From the NCBI GenBank assembly GCA_018714105.1, contig DVNW01000021.1, positions 63,900-127,899 of the forward strand: DNA of 64,000 bases, given 5' to 3'. The position numbers and the translations under genes were made by a program. The stretch comes from Candidatus Faecicola pullistercoris (GTDB taxonomy: Bacteria; Bacillota; Clostridia; Christensenellales; CAG-917). Positions 34,648 to 44,448 of this stretch are shown here, one piece after another. Under the pieces are notes generated by a model. It was not told the DNA's origin. It worked only from the letters and a program-made list of their open reading frames with translations, and ran no database searches. Every line of letters begins with the position of its first letter. Within the stretch, counting starts at the first letter, position 1.

Positions 34648-37236
34648 ATGTATTATAAATCTCTTAACGGAAAATGGCAATTCAAAGGCGGCGAAGACAA
34701 GGTCTGGCTGGACGCGACGGTACCCGGGTGCAATTATACCGACCTCATGGATAACGGAATTATAAAAGACCCGTTCGAGGGTATGAACGAAAAGGATTCT
34801 CTGTGGCCTGCAGAGAAGAACTATACGTATAAGCGCACGTTCGACGCCGATGAAGAACTTATGCGGGCCGCCGACGTTCTGCTTAAGTGCGATATGCTGG
34901 ATACTCTGGCGACGGTGCGGATAAACGGAGAAAAGGCGGCGGTTTCCCGAAATTGTCATACGGGCCTGTGCGTGTCCGTCAAAGAATTTCTTAAAGAAGG
35001 CGAAAACCTTATAGAAGTGGAGTTTGATTCGCCCGTAGCTTACATCAAATCCAAACAGGCGGCGGATAAGATGCCCCTTAACATGAACGGCCTTAACGGC
35101 GCTCCTCACATAAGAAAACCTCAGTGTCATTTCGGGTGGGACTGGGGCCCGACATTGCCCCCTTCGGGTATAGCGGGGGACATAGGTTTGCAGGCCGTCG
35201 GCGAAGCGGTGATAAAGGGGCTGGATTTAAGCCAGTCTCATGGTGACGGCAAAGCCGAAATACGCGCGTTTATGCGCACCGAAATTTACTCGGCCTCCGG
35301 ACTTAAAGCGGTGTATGCGCTTTATTCGCCGCAAGACGAGCTTATTGACGTTAAAGAGTGTAATTTCGACACATATGCGTGCTTTGAAATAGACAGCCCC
35401 GAATTGTGGTGGCCCAACGGCCACGGAGAACAACCTCTTTATACCGTAAAGGCCGTTATCGACAAGGACGGCGTGCCCGTGGACGAAATATCCAAACGCG
35501 TAGGCATCAGGACAATCGTGCTGGATACGGATAAGGACGAGTTCGGCTCGCAGTTCGCATTCAAGGTAAACGGCGTGCCCGTGTTTGCCAAAGGCGCGAA
35601 CTGGATACCCGCCGACAGTTTTATTACGCGATTTACCAAAGAAAAAACCGAAAGCTTCATACTTGCGGCAAAGCGCGCGAACATGAACATGCTGCGCGTA
35701 TGGGGAGGCGGTTATTACGAATCCGACGATTTTTACGATTTCTGCGACAGATACGGCATTATGGTGTGGCAGGATTTCGCGTTCGCTTGCGCGCCTTATC
35801 CTTTTTACGATAAGCAGTTCGAAAAAAACGTTCTGGAAGAAGTCGAATATAACGTCGACAGACTGAAACATCATGCCTGTCTTGCGCTGTGGTGCGGCAA
35901 TAACGAAATTGAAATCATGTCCGCCGCATGGCTGCAAAGGCGCAAACTTATCGAATACACCGAAATTTTCTTTTATCATACCTTGCCGGAAACGCTTAAA
36001 AACGTTTACGCTCTTTCGGGACAGCTTCTGAAAACGGCCGTGCCTTACAATTATATTCCCGGTTCGCCCACTTCGGGCGAGTTTATGAAAAAGGTCAATT
36101 CCGACGCTTCGGGCGATACCCATTTGTGGAGCGTATGGCACGGTCTGCAACCGCTTAACTATTACAGGACGCGGTTTACCCGCTTCTGTTCGGAGTTCGG
36201 CCTCGAATCCATACCCGACATGCGTACCGTCAGATATTTTGCCGGCGACGGGGAGCAGTCGCTTACTTCGCCCGTCTTTAACGCGCATCAGAAGTGCGGA
36301 AGCGGCAATATGAAAATCAAATATTACATAACAACCAAATTCCGACTGGCCGAAAAGATGGAGGACCTTGTCTATCAGTCGCAGATAGTGCAGGCCGAAT
36401 GCGTGCGCGAAGCAACCGAACACTGGCGCATAAATCAGGGCAGATGCAACGGTTCGCTGTTCTGGCAGCTTAACGATTGCTGGCCCGTAAACAGCTGGTC
36501 GTCAATCGATTATTTCGGCAGATATAAGGCTTTGCAATACGCGGCAAGGACTTTCAACGCTCCCGTTACGCTCAGCCTCTTTTCCGAGAAGAACGGAGCT
36601 GATCTTTACATTATCAACGATACCGCTTCCGAATTCGGCGGAAGGATAGTAAACAGGCTGATTACTTTCGACGGCGTGTGCCTGTATTACGAAGATTTTA
36701 ACATTTCGGCAAAGCCCGCTTCTTCGACTCGGGTTACGGCACTCGATTATTCCACGGTAATTATGCCCGAAACCACGCTCGGAAAACTGCTGAAAGCCAA
36801 CGGTTACCGTCTGGTTATGGTAAGCGATCTGCTGGACGGCGACGGCGAACGCATTTGCAGAAAGACGCTTTTGTTCAGACAGGAAAAATTCCTGGAAATG
36901 CCCGCAGAGAAAATTTCCGTAGACCTGCGGGAGGAAGAGGACGGTTTTTATATTACGCTGCTTTCTTCAAAATATCAGAGGTTCGTAAACGTTAGGCCCG
37001 CCGACGGCTGTCTGCCTATGAGCGACAACTTCTTCGATCTGCTCCCCAACGAACCTTATACCGTAGTGGCGCCAAAAGAGGGCAGGACGCTTAAAGAGTT
37101 TAAATCCGCATTGTCCGTTAAGTCGCTTAAAGACGTAGTTCCGTTCAGGAAAAAGTATAAAGACGACTTAATGAGGCTGAAAATATTCGTTAAACCGTAT
37201 AATCTGGCAAACTGGTTTTATTACAAGTTTACCTGA
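34648..37236 (+). CDS. glycoside hydrolase family 2, beta-mannosidase-like
   Basis: 862 aa. WWPNGHGEQPLY, MLRVWGGGYYE, WCGNNEIE (acid/base Glu region), LWSVWHG. Confidence 0.8.
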   Translation: MYYKSLNGKWQFKGGEDKVWLDATVPGCNYTDLMDNGIIKDPFEGMNEKDSLWPAEKNYTYKRTFDADEELMRAADVLLKCDMLDTLATVRINGEKAAVSRNCHTGLCVSVKEFLKEGENLIEVEFDSPVAYIKSKQAADKMPLNMNGLNGAPHIRKPQCHFGWDWGPTLPPSGIAGDIGLQAVGEAVIKGLDLSQSHGDGKAEIRAFMRTEIYSASGLKAVYALYSPQDELIDVKECNFDTYACFEIDSPELWWPNGHGEQPLYTVKAVIDKDGVPVDEISKRVGIRTIVLDTDKDEFGSQFAFKVNGVPVFAKGANWIPADSFITRFTKEKTESFILAAKRANMNMLRVWGGGYYESDDFYDFCDRYGIMVWQDFAFACAPYPFYDKQFEKNVLEEVEYNVDRLKHHACLALWCGNNEIEIMSAAWLQRRKLIEYTEIFFYHTLPETLKNVYALSGQLLKTAVPYNYIPGSPTSGEFMKKVNSDASGDTHLWSVWHGLQPLNYYRTRFTRFCSEFGLESIPDMRTVRYFAGDGEQSLTSPVFNAHQKCGSGNMKIKYYITTKFRLAEKMEDLVYQSQIVQAECVREATEHWRINQGRCNGSLFWQLNDCWPVNSWSSIDYFGRYKALQYAARTFNAPVTLSLFSEKNGADLYIINDTASEFGGRIVNRLITFDGVCLYYEDFNISAKPASSTRVTALDYSTVIMPETTLGKLLKANGYRLVMVSDLLDGDGERICRKTLLFRQEKFLEMPAEKISVDLREEEDGFYITLLSSKYQRFVNVRPADGCLPMSDNFFDLLPNEPYTVVAPKEGRTLKEFKSALSVKSLKDVVPFRKKYKDDLMRLKIFVKPYNLANWFYYKFT

Positions 37237-37282
37237 TTACGGTTTGCGCAACAATTTTAAAAGTAAAAGGAAGTGAAACGCA

Positions 37283-38209
37283 ATGGGCAGAACGGCTGAC
37301 TGCATTCTGGAACTTATAGGACACACTCCGCTTATGCGGCTTGAAAGAATAGAAAGCAAATACGGGCTGGAAAGCAGAATTTACGCAAAACTCGAATGCT
37401 TCAACCCTTTGGGCTCGATAAAGGACAGAGTGGCTTACAATATGATTTGCGACGCGCGCGACAAAGGCAGACTCAAGCCGGGCGCGCTGATTATCGAACC
37501 CACAAGCGGCAATACGGGCATAGGCCTTGCGTACTGCTCGGCGGTTATGGGCTATAAGCTCATACTTACGATGCCCGATACCATGAGCGTGGAGAGGCGT
37601 CGTCTTCTTAAAGCGTTGGGCGCGGAAATAGTGCTCACTCCCGGCGCAAAGGGAATGACGGGCGCAATCGAGGAGGCCGAAAGGCTTAACGCACTCAATC
37701 CGGGCAGCGTTATTATGGGGCAGTTCGACAATCCCGCAAATCCCGCGACGCACGAGAAGACAACGGGCCCCGAGATACTTCTTCAAGCCGAAGGGCGGAT
37801 AGATTATTTTGTTGCCACCGTGGGTACGGGCGGCACTTTTACGGGCGTGTCGAGAGCCTTGAAGGCAAGCCTGCCTTCGGTGAAAGCCGTAGCGGTAGAA
37901 CCTGCGTCGTCTGCCGTGCTTTCGGGCAAAAAAGCGGGACCTCACGGAATACAGGGTATAGGCGCGGGTTTCGTGCCTTCCGTACTGGACGTGTCGCTTA
38001 TCGACGAAATCATTACCGTTGAAGACCGTACGGCTTACGAATACACGGCCGAAATCGCGAGGACGGAGGGTATTCTTGCAGGAATAAGCTCGGGCGCGGC
38101 GCTTGCGGCGGCAATCGAAATCGCAAAAACCAAAAAAGACAAAACCATCGTAACGGTATTTCCCGATTCCGGCGAGCGATATCTGTCCACGGGGATTTTC
38201 GACAAATGA
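37283..38209 (+). CDS. cysK: cysteine synthase A (O-acetylserine sulfhydrylase)
   Basis: LIGHTPLMRL, NPLGSIKDR (PLP lysine), TSGNTGIGLA, GTGGTFTG. Confidence 0.9.
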   Translation: MGRTADCILELIGHTPLMRLERIESKYGLESRIYAKLECFNPLGSIKDRVAYNMICDARDKGRLKPGALIIEPTSGNTGIGLAYCSAVMGYKLILTMPDTMSVERRRLLKALGAEIVLTPGAKGMTGAIEEAERLNALNPGSVIMGQFDNPANPATHEKTTGPEILLQAEGRIDYFVATVGTGGTFTGVSRALKASLPSVKAVAVEPASSAVLSGKKAGPHGIQGIGAGFVPSVLDVSLIDEIITVEDRTAYEYTAEIARTEGILAGISSGAALAAAIEIAKTKKDKTIVTVFPDSGERYLSTGIFDK

Positions 38210-38904
38210 GCGTGCTTGTCGCCATAGGCGGAGGAGAACTCAGACAGAAAACCACGGCGGCCATAGACGCTTACGTTGCGCGGCTTGCGGCAGAAAGGGC
38301 GGCTCCCGAAAGGGGCTACGCGCTTTTCGTGGGAACGGCCAGCCACGACAGCCTGCCCTATTTCAATACGTTCAGAAAGACTTATACTTCGGATTACAAC
38401 CTCAAAGCCGACGTCGCCGTTATTACCAAAGATATGATGTCGTATGAAAAAATCAGCGGCAAGTTTCAAAAGGCGGATATGATTTACGTGGGAGGAGGCG
38501 ACACCTTGTTTATGCTGGATAAATGGCGCGAAACAGGGGTTGACAAGCTCATTTTGGACGCTTATCGCCGCGGAGTGATAATTTGCGGGCTTTCGGCAGG
38601 AGCAATCTGCTGGTTTGAAAAAATGTATTCCGACAGCGTAAAAGAGGACGCAGGGACGGATTCGCCTTATGCTTTATACGACGGACTGGGGGTTGTCGGG
38701 GGACTTGTCACGCCGCACTTCAACCTCAGGGAAAAGGACTTTTTCGACGCTATGATCAAGGGCGGATATACCTCGGCTTACGCCATAGAGGACAACGCCG
38801 CTCTGGTGTTTAATGACGGGCGGCCGGTAAGGAGCCTGTCTTCGGGCGGCAGAGCATGGCTTATAACGCAAAATAACGGCCGAATCGAGAAAACGCCCCT
38901 GTAA
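38206..38904 (+). CDS. peptidase S51 (dipeptidase E-like) family protein
   Basis: ATGA overlap with cysK. IYVGGGDTLFMLDKW and GLSAGAICWFE (GxSAG nucleophile elbow). Confidence 0.7.
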   Translation: MSVLVAIGGGELRQKTTAAIDAYVARLAAERAAPERGYALFVGTASHDSLPYFNTFRKTYTSDYNLKADVAVITKDMMSYEKISGKFQKADMIYVGGGDTLFMLDKWRETGVDKLILDAYRRGVIICGLSAGAICWFEKMYSDSVKEDAGTDSPYALYDGLGVVGGLVTPHFNLREKDFFDAMIKGGYTSAYAIEDNAALVFNDGRPVRSLSSGGRAWLITQNNGRIEKTPL

Positions 38905-38912
38905 AACCCGAT

Positions 38913-38940
38913 AAAAAAAGCAGGCAGCCGCCTGCTTTTT
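38913..38940. terminator. bidirectional terminator between convergent genes
   Basis: aaaaaa-gcaggc-agcc-gcctgc-ttttt. Confidence 0.75.
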
Positions 38941-38958
38941 GTTTTGTTTAAAACGGCG

Positions 38959-40194
38959 TTATTTGCCGAAGCCTTCCTTGTCGAATATATCGACTGCGGC
39001 GAGAGCCACGTCAAGGCCCAGTCGGAAAGTTTCGGGGCACATGTTGTCCGCGGTGTCTTTTTCGTTGTGGTAATAGTCGGCGGGGGTGGGGTCCATCGCG
39101 GCGAGGCAGGTTGCCTTTATGCCCGCTTTGGTGATGGCCGCGGCGTCCGAAGCGCCGAAATATACCGACGCGTGCGGAAGGGGATGGCCTATAGCCGCGG
39201 AAGCCTTGTCGAGAAGGGTTACGGCGTCGGCGTCGTGTTTTACGGTGCCCGTCAGGTCTCTGACGTAAATAGAGGTATGTTCGTAATCTCTCAGAGTTTC
39301 GAGGCCTATGAATACGGTGTCGATACCGCTGTCGGCAATTTCCTTTTTGTGCTTTTTGGCCCAGGCTTTTGCTCCTCTGAGGCCGGCTTCTTCCGAGCCG
39401 GTGGCGACTACTTCCACCTGAGTGTTTTCAAGAGTTATTCCGCTGTCTTTAAGACATTTGAGCACGGCTACCGAGGCGAGCACGCCCGTGAGATTGTCGT
39501 TTGCGCCCGGGACCACGGTTTTGAAAGTGCAGAAGAAGTATACCCCTATGTAGAAGGGAACGAATACGGCGTTGGCAATCATCATCCACAGAGGGGTTGC
39601 GCCTTTTATAAGAGCTACAAGGAAAGTGATAATTGCAAAAGCCAGTCCCGCTATAGCCGGAACGAGTACGGTATACATCACTTTCGGGCCTTTTTCAAGC
39701 AATATCCAGCGGTATGCCGAGTCGGTATGGCCGCTGAAAACTATACGGCGTTTGACTTCGCCCGACGGTTTTTTTACCGCGCAGAGGTTTGAAGACGTCC
39801 GACGCGGAAGCAGAAAATCTATAAAAGGTATGTACATCAGAAATTCGAGCAGCAGTATGACGAGGGAAAGCACGGCCAGAACGAGGCTTACTATTCTGCC
39901 TGCGAGCGCCGCCGTTTCACCCGCATAAGCGAGAAACTGACAGGCTACCGCTATAACCATCATAACCGAAATTATTTTGGTAAAGCCCACAAGGCCGTGA
40001 GGCGAAACTCTGAACTCCTCGATTTCCGCGCTGTCGGCATAGCCCTTGTCGAGCATTTCCTTTCTGAGCCATTCCTGCGTTCTGCGTTCGTTTGCCGAGC
40101 CCGATTCCCTGGGGCCGATTTCTTCGCAGATATACTTAATCGACTTTAAGGAATAATCCACGGCGTCTTGCCTAATTTGTTCGTTAACGTCCAT
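38959..40194 (-). CDS. membrane-embedded M28 family metallopeptidase
   Basis: RBS aggaga. FSGHTDSAY, GSEEAGLRGAKAW, internal TM helices, C-terminal HNEKDT. Confidence 0.75.
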   Translation of the reverse strand: MDVNEQIRQDAVDYSLKSIKYICEEIGPRESGSANERRTQEWLRKEMLDKGYADSAEIEEFRVSPHGLVGFTKIISVMMVIAVACQFLAYAGETAALAGRIVSLVLAVLSLVILLLEFLMYIPFIDFLLPRRTSSNLCAVKKPSGEVKRRIVFSGHTDSAYRWILLEKGPKVMYTVLVPAIAGLAFAIITFLVALIKGATPLWMMIANAVFVPFYIGVYFFCTFKTVVPGANDNLTGVLASVAVLKCLKDSGITLENTQVEVVATGSEEAGLRGAKAWAKKHKKEIADSGIDTVFIGLETLRDYEHTSIYVRDLTGTVKHDADAVTLLDKASAAIGHPLPHASVYFGASDAAAITKAGIKATCLAAMDPTPADYYHNEKDTADNMCPETFRLGLDVALAAVDIFDKEGFGK

Positions 40195-40384
40195 AATTTT
40201 CTCCTGAATAATATTTTGTTATATTTCAGTATAACACAGATTTTCCGTCGGTGTCGAGCGTTAAAAGTAGACAATCGGGCCGCCTAAGGCCGATTATTTT
40301 CGGTAAACGCATAATCCGCTCTATTTATTGCATTTTGGCGCGGGGTTTAGTATAATGGTTTAAAATCTTTAATACGGGGTTTTT

Positions 40385-40903
40385 ATGCTGTACATAGTAA
40401 GACATTGCAGGACGGACTGGAACGAGCTGCGCAAAGTTCAGGGCAGGACGGACGTTCCTCTTAACGCTACGGGCAGAAAACAGGCCGAAGAGCTTGCCCT
40501 CAGGTTTGCGGACAAGGATTTTGCCGAAGTATACAGCTCTCCGCTGTCGAGGGCGGCGGAAACCGCGCGCATAATTTCGGGCAGGAAGCCCGTAACCGAC
40601 GAAAGACTCTCCGAAAGGCTTTTCGGGGCGCTGGAAGGGCAATCCAAAGAAAGCGAGCAGTTTACCGCATTTTGGAGCCTCGACGACGAGCTTAAAATGC
40701 CCGGAACGGAAACTATAGCATGTACCGCGGAACGAGTCAGGGAAGTTACTGACGAGCTTATCGCCCGAAGCAGGGAAAAAGACGTGCTGGCCGTAACGCA
40801 CGGCGGCGTCCTCATGGTGCTCAACTATATCCTTAAAGGCAGGCCCGCCGGCGGCAATCTGACGGAGTATCTGCCCGACAACGCCGAAATCATCGTATTA
40901 TAA
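40385..40903 (+). CDS. histidine phosphatase family protein (phosphoglycerate mutase-like)
   Basis: LYIVRHCRTDWN (RHG-type motif), SSPLSRAAETA, VLAVTHGGVL. Confidence 0.8.
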   Translation: MLYIVRHCRTDWNELRKVQGRTDVPLNATGRKQAEELALRFADKDFAEVYSSPLSRAAETARIISGRKPVTDERLSERLFGALEGQSKESEQFTAFWSLDDELKMPGTETIACTAERVREVTDELIARSREKDVLAVTHGGVLMVLNYILKGRPAGGNLTEYLPDNAEIIVL

Positions 40904-40931
40904 AAAAACCGCCGACGGCGGTTTATCTTTT
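40903..40931. terminator. bidirectional terminator between convergent genes
   Basis: aaaccgcc-gac-ggcggttt with flanking A/T runs. It overlaps the stop codon of the minus-strand gene. Confidence 0.6.
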
Positions 40932-41669
40932 TCTCGAACCGAGTATGGCAAGAAGTCGCAGCAGGTACAGCAGCGACATGGAAAAACTCATCACATAGGT
41001 AAGCGCGGCCACCGTCAGTACTTTTCTCACGCTTGCCCATTCGGTATTTGAAAGTATATTGCTTCGGGTAAGCAGAGAGTGCGCGCGCTTACTGGCGTTG
41101 AATTCCACCGGAAGGGTGACAAGAGTAAACAGGGTATATACGCCATAGAACACTATGCCCACGAAAAGCACGAAAGTACCTATGGAATAAAGAGTCTGGA
41201 ACATTGTCATCAGAAGCCCGACCAGGACTATTATCGTGGAATACCTTGCCGTAAAGTTGCATACGGGCACAAGGGCGGTGCGGATTTTAACAAACAAATA
41301 ATCGTTGGCGTGCTGAATCGCGTGGCCGCATTCGTGCGCGGCTACTCCCAACGCCGAAGCGGAACATACGCCGAAAACGGCTTCCGAAAGATAAACAGTG
41401 TTGGTTTTCGGGTTGAAATGGTCGGTAAGCGTGCCTTTGCATTGCTTTACGTCCACATGAAAGAGCCCCGCCTCGTCAAGTATTTTCCGGGCGGCTTGGC
41501 TTCCGGTAAGCCCGGAGGCCGGCTTTATCGTGTTGTATTTTGCGAAAACCGTTTTTACGGCGCTGCTTATTATGAAAGTGAGTATCATCATGGGAATGAT
41601 GATAACAAAAGTAAGGTTATACGCGCCGTCGAAAGATATTGCGGCAAGAGCCGCAGATGCAGGCAACAT
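40923..41669 (-). CDS. YugP-like membrane zinc metallopeptidase
   Basis: RBS aaggagga. HECGHAIQH zinc motif, with N- and C-terminal TM helices. Confidence 0.75.
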   Translation of the reverse strand: MLPASAALAAISFDGAYNLTFVIIIPMMILTFIISSAVKTVFAKYNTIKPASGLTGSQAARKILDEAGLFHVDVKQCKGTLTDHFNPKTNTVYLSEAVFGVCSASALGVAAHECGHAIQHANDYLFVKIRTALVPVCNFTARYSTIIVLVGLLMTMFQTLYSIGTFVLFVGIVFYGVYTLFTLVTLPVEFNASKRAHSLLTRSNILSNTEWASVRKVLTVAALTYVMSFSMSLLYLLRLLAILGSRKR

Positions 41670-41862
41670 CTCGTCCTCCTTCGCTATAATATACTATTAT
41701 ACATATAAAAATATTAAAACACAATTTAATTACAATACGCTTTATTTATTTGCGACAAAATTTTTGAAATAAATCGTTGTTTTTTTACCATATTCCCCCT
41801 GCGTACGTTTGACTTTATCCGATATTGATTTTATAATATACAAAAAACAGGAGGTGTTTGAT

Positions 41863-42216
41863 ATGGCTACTTCAAAGCAAACCAAAACTGCTAAAACCGA
41901 CAATACCTGTGCCGTTACTTTCACTGCTGTTCTCAACAGAGCCGACCTTGCGGACAAACTTTATATATGCGGCAACGATGCTAAACTCGGCGGCTGGAAT
42001 GCCGAAAAAGCGGTTGCTCTTACCAAAAAAGGCGAAGGCACTTTTTCCAAGAGCATAAAACTCGAAAAAGGCAGCAAAATCGAGTTTAAAATTTTAAAGG
42101 CAAAGTGCTGGGACAGCGTTGAAAAAGGCATGTTCGGCGAAGAAATCGTCAATCATACCGTTGTTGCCGACGACAAGGCCGAAAAACAGGTTGTGGTTTA
42201 CAACTTCGAAAAGTAG
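41863..42216 (+). CDS. stand-alone CBM20-like starch/glycogen-binding module protein (117 aa, no signal peptide)
   Basis: RBS aggagg. VTFTAV..LYICGNDAKLGGWNAEKAVAL...GTFSKSIKLEKGSKIEFKILK matches the CBM20 pattern. Confidence 0.6.
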   Translation: MATSKQTKTAKTDNTCAVTFTAVLNRADLADKLYICGNDAKLGGWNAEKAVALTKKGEGTFSKSIKLEKGSKIEFKILKAKCWDSVEKGMFGEEIVNHTVVADDKAEKQVVVYNFEK

Positions 42217-42225
42217 TAATCAATA

Positions 42226-42279
42226 AAAAGGAACGCGTCCGCGTTCTTTTTTATTTTAAAGGGCCGAAAGCCCTTTTTT
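42226..42279 (+). terminator. two tandem intrinsic terminators
   Basis: aaaag-gaacgc-gtcc-gcgttc-tttttt, then aaagggc-cgaaa-gcccttt-ttt. Confidence 0.75.
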
Positions 42280-42446
42280 CTTAAAATAGGAAACAAAATT
42301 TCCGTATACGTATTTACAAAGTCCCGTTAGGTATGCTATACTTATCGTATATAGATAAAAGCGAGCCGTTATAAATGTTTTCGGGAAGATAAACCTTTGT
42401 TTTCGATTGCTTTATATGCCGCTTGCATTCTTTCAGGTGGGCCTTA

Positions 42447-42914
42447 ATGAAAATTCTGTTTATCTGTTCGTCCAATATCTGCCGCAGCCCTTATTGCGAG
42501 TATATGTTAAAAAAACTGCTCGAAGAGCATCCCGTTGCGGCTTCCAAAATCGAATGGATAAAGTCTGCCGCCGTGCTTAACCCCAGCCGCCAGATTCATC
42601 CAAAGGCGCGACTTGCACTGAAAAGGGAGGGCTTTGACGAAAAATATATCGACAGCCACGTGCCCGCGTTCAAATGGTTTGACAGGCAGCGTTTTAAGGA
42701 AGCGGATATAATCGTCGGCATGACGGTGTGGAACATGCTTTGCCTTCCTTTGAAATACTGGCGTAAATACGTTTCTATTTCCACACTCGCTACGGGCAGG
42801 TACAAATCCGTGCCCGACCCCTATCTGATGAAAGATATGGAAGACTATTATAAGGTTATGGACATACTTAAAGCTTATCTTATAAAGTACGTCGATAAGC
42901 TGGATAAGGAATGA
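42447..42914 (+). CDS. low-molecular-weight protein tyrosine/arginine phosphatase family protein
   Basis: MKILFICSSNICRSP (CX5R-S P-loop) and the VPDPY Asp loop. Confidence 0.8.
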   Translation: MKILFICSSNICRSPYCEYMLKKLLEEHPVAASKIEWIKSAAVLNPSRQIHPKARLALKREGFDEKYIDSHVPAFKWFDRQRFKEADIIVGMTVWNMLCLPLKYWRKYVSISTLATGRYKSVPDPYLMKDMEDYYKVMDILKAYLIKYVDKLDKE

Positions 42915-42915
42915 T

Positions 42916-43602
42916 ATGAAACTTACCGTTCTGGGAAATTACGGCCCCTACGCCAAACCGGGCGGCTACGCCACGAGCGGCTATCTCGTGGAAGAGGGCG
43001 ATACCCGTCTCGTACTCGATCTGGGTGCGGGGACGCTTACCAATCTTCTGGACATCGCTCCTCCGGAAACGCTGTCGGGCATATTCGTCAGCCATCTTCA
43101 CTACGACCATATCAGCGACTTGTTTGCCCTCAGGTACGCGCTAGAACAGAAAAATCTTTCCCTGAATCTGTTTCTTGCCGAAGAAGACTGCGACCTGTAC
43201 CGGTTGCTGACGGGGCACAGGTTGTTTAACGTAATTAATATAGACGAGGATACGCGGCTGGAACTGTACGATTTTTCGCTGACGTTTTTGAAAACCCGCC
43301 ATACCGTAACAAATCACGCGGTAAAGATTTCGGGGGCAAAAACGCTTGTTTACAGCGGCGATACAGTTTACTTCGAGGGGCTTGACGACTTTGTCGCGGG
43401 CGCGGACGCTTTTCTGGCGGATTGTACTCAGAAGCCGGGCTCAAAAGTTCCGCACATGACGGTGGACGACGCGTTGCACTTTGCCGACAGCGGCATTAGA
43501 GTACTTGCCACGCATCTTCCGGTGGATTTCGATCCCGAACCGTATTTCGACGGAACGGGCAATATAGAAACGGTTAAATACAAAGGCGTTTATAATATTT
43601 GA
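42916..43602 (+). CDS. MBL-fold metallo-hydrolase
   Basis: VSHLHYDHISD (HxHxDH) and DLGAGT. It starts 1 nt after the previous stop. Confidence 0.75.
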   Translation: MKLTVLGNYGPYAKPGGYATSGYLVEEGDTRLVLDLGAGTLTNLLDIAPPETLSGIFVSHLHYDHISDLFALRYALEQKNLSLNLFLAEEDCDLYRLLTGHRLFNVINIDEDTRLELYDFSLTFLKTRHTVTNHAVKISGAKTLVYSGDTVYFEGLDDFVAGADAFLADCTQKPGSKVPHMTVDDALHFADSGIRVLATHLPVDFDPEPYFDGTGNIETVKYKGVYNI

Positions 43603-43617
43603 CAGAAGGGGGAACTT

Positions 43618-44079
43618 ATGACTATTGTATTCGGCGGTTCTAAAAACAGCGGCAAAAGCACTATCGCCACCGCGCTTAACGAGCAACTGGGCTACAAAAT
43701 GCTGTCGGGCAGGGATTACGAGAAACTTGCTCGCAGCGAGGAAGAAGCATGGCGCGAGTTCGTTAAACTTATGCAGGACGAGTCAAAGCAGTTGCTCTAC
43801 ATTCTGCACGACAGAAAAAAATACGACGAATTGTTCGGAAAACCCAACGTATTCTGCGTTAAAATCAAGGTTCCGTTCGAAACGGTTTGCAGCAGCCTTT
43901 GCAGCAGACTGGGAGTGGACGAAGTGCCCGGATACCTTATAGGCGATCTCGAAGACGAATACAACACCTGGGCGGACGCTCCTTCGGACGCCGAGTTTGA
44001 CGGCAACGGCGACATATCGGGTATAATAACGGCCATACGTGCGGCCGTTCAGGCAAAAGCCGCGGCAACGGCAAAATAG
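43618..44079 (+). CDS. small P-loop NTPase/kinase-like hypothetical protein
   Basis: GGSKNSGKST Walker A at the N-terminus; otherwise no family I recognise. Confidence 0.5.
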   Translation: MTIVFGGSKNSGKSTIATALNEQLGYKMLSGRDYEKLARSEEEAWREFVKLMQDESKQLLYILHDRKKYDELFGKPNVFCVKIKVPFETVCSSLCSRLGVDEVPGYLIGDLEDEYNTWADAPSDAEFDGNGDISGIITAIRAAVQAKAAATAK

Positions 44080-44448
44080 TTTTGTCCCGCATCGGACGGT
44101 GAGGCACCGACAGGGTCCGTTTTTCGCTACGAAAAACGGGCTTTTATATAATTATAAAACCGATTCGTCCATAATTTAAGACGTAAAAAGCCGCTCTTCG
44201 GGCTTGTTAAAAAAATCACTTTCGAGCGTTATTTTTTTAACTTGCGGTTTTTTGCGAAAACACGCGCGATTTGTTAAAAAAATAGCAATTCTTATGCTGT
44301 TTTTCGGATATTTTATAAGAAATTTTAAGCCTTTTACCAAATATGATTATTTAAATTATTTTACTTTTCTGCGGGTAAATGTTATCATTAAATAAGAAAA
44401 AGTTTTTCTTTTTCGTTTTCAAATCGTCAATATTTTACGGAGGCTGTT

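Noticed and set aside
38944-39792. A 282-aa plus-strand ORF opposite the M28 peptidase gene. ORFs at 40325-40801, 41079-41708, 54098-54754 and 54960-55553 are of the same kind.
   Set aside because: These are shadow or overlapping-frame ORFs of genes with clear motifs. They have no RBS and low-complexity translations.
44080-44448. A 63-aa ORF (44204-44395) and a possible RNA element in the long AT-rich region upstream of rnfC.
   Set aside because: The ORF has a TTG start, no RBS and hydrophobic low-complexity AT-driven codons. The region looks like ordinary promoter/UP-element DNA, with one terminator-like hairpin from the upstream gene.
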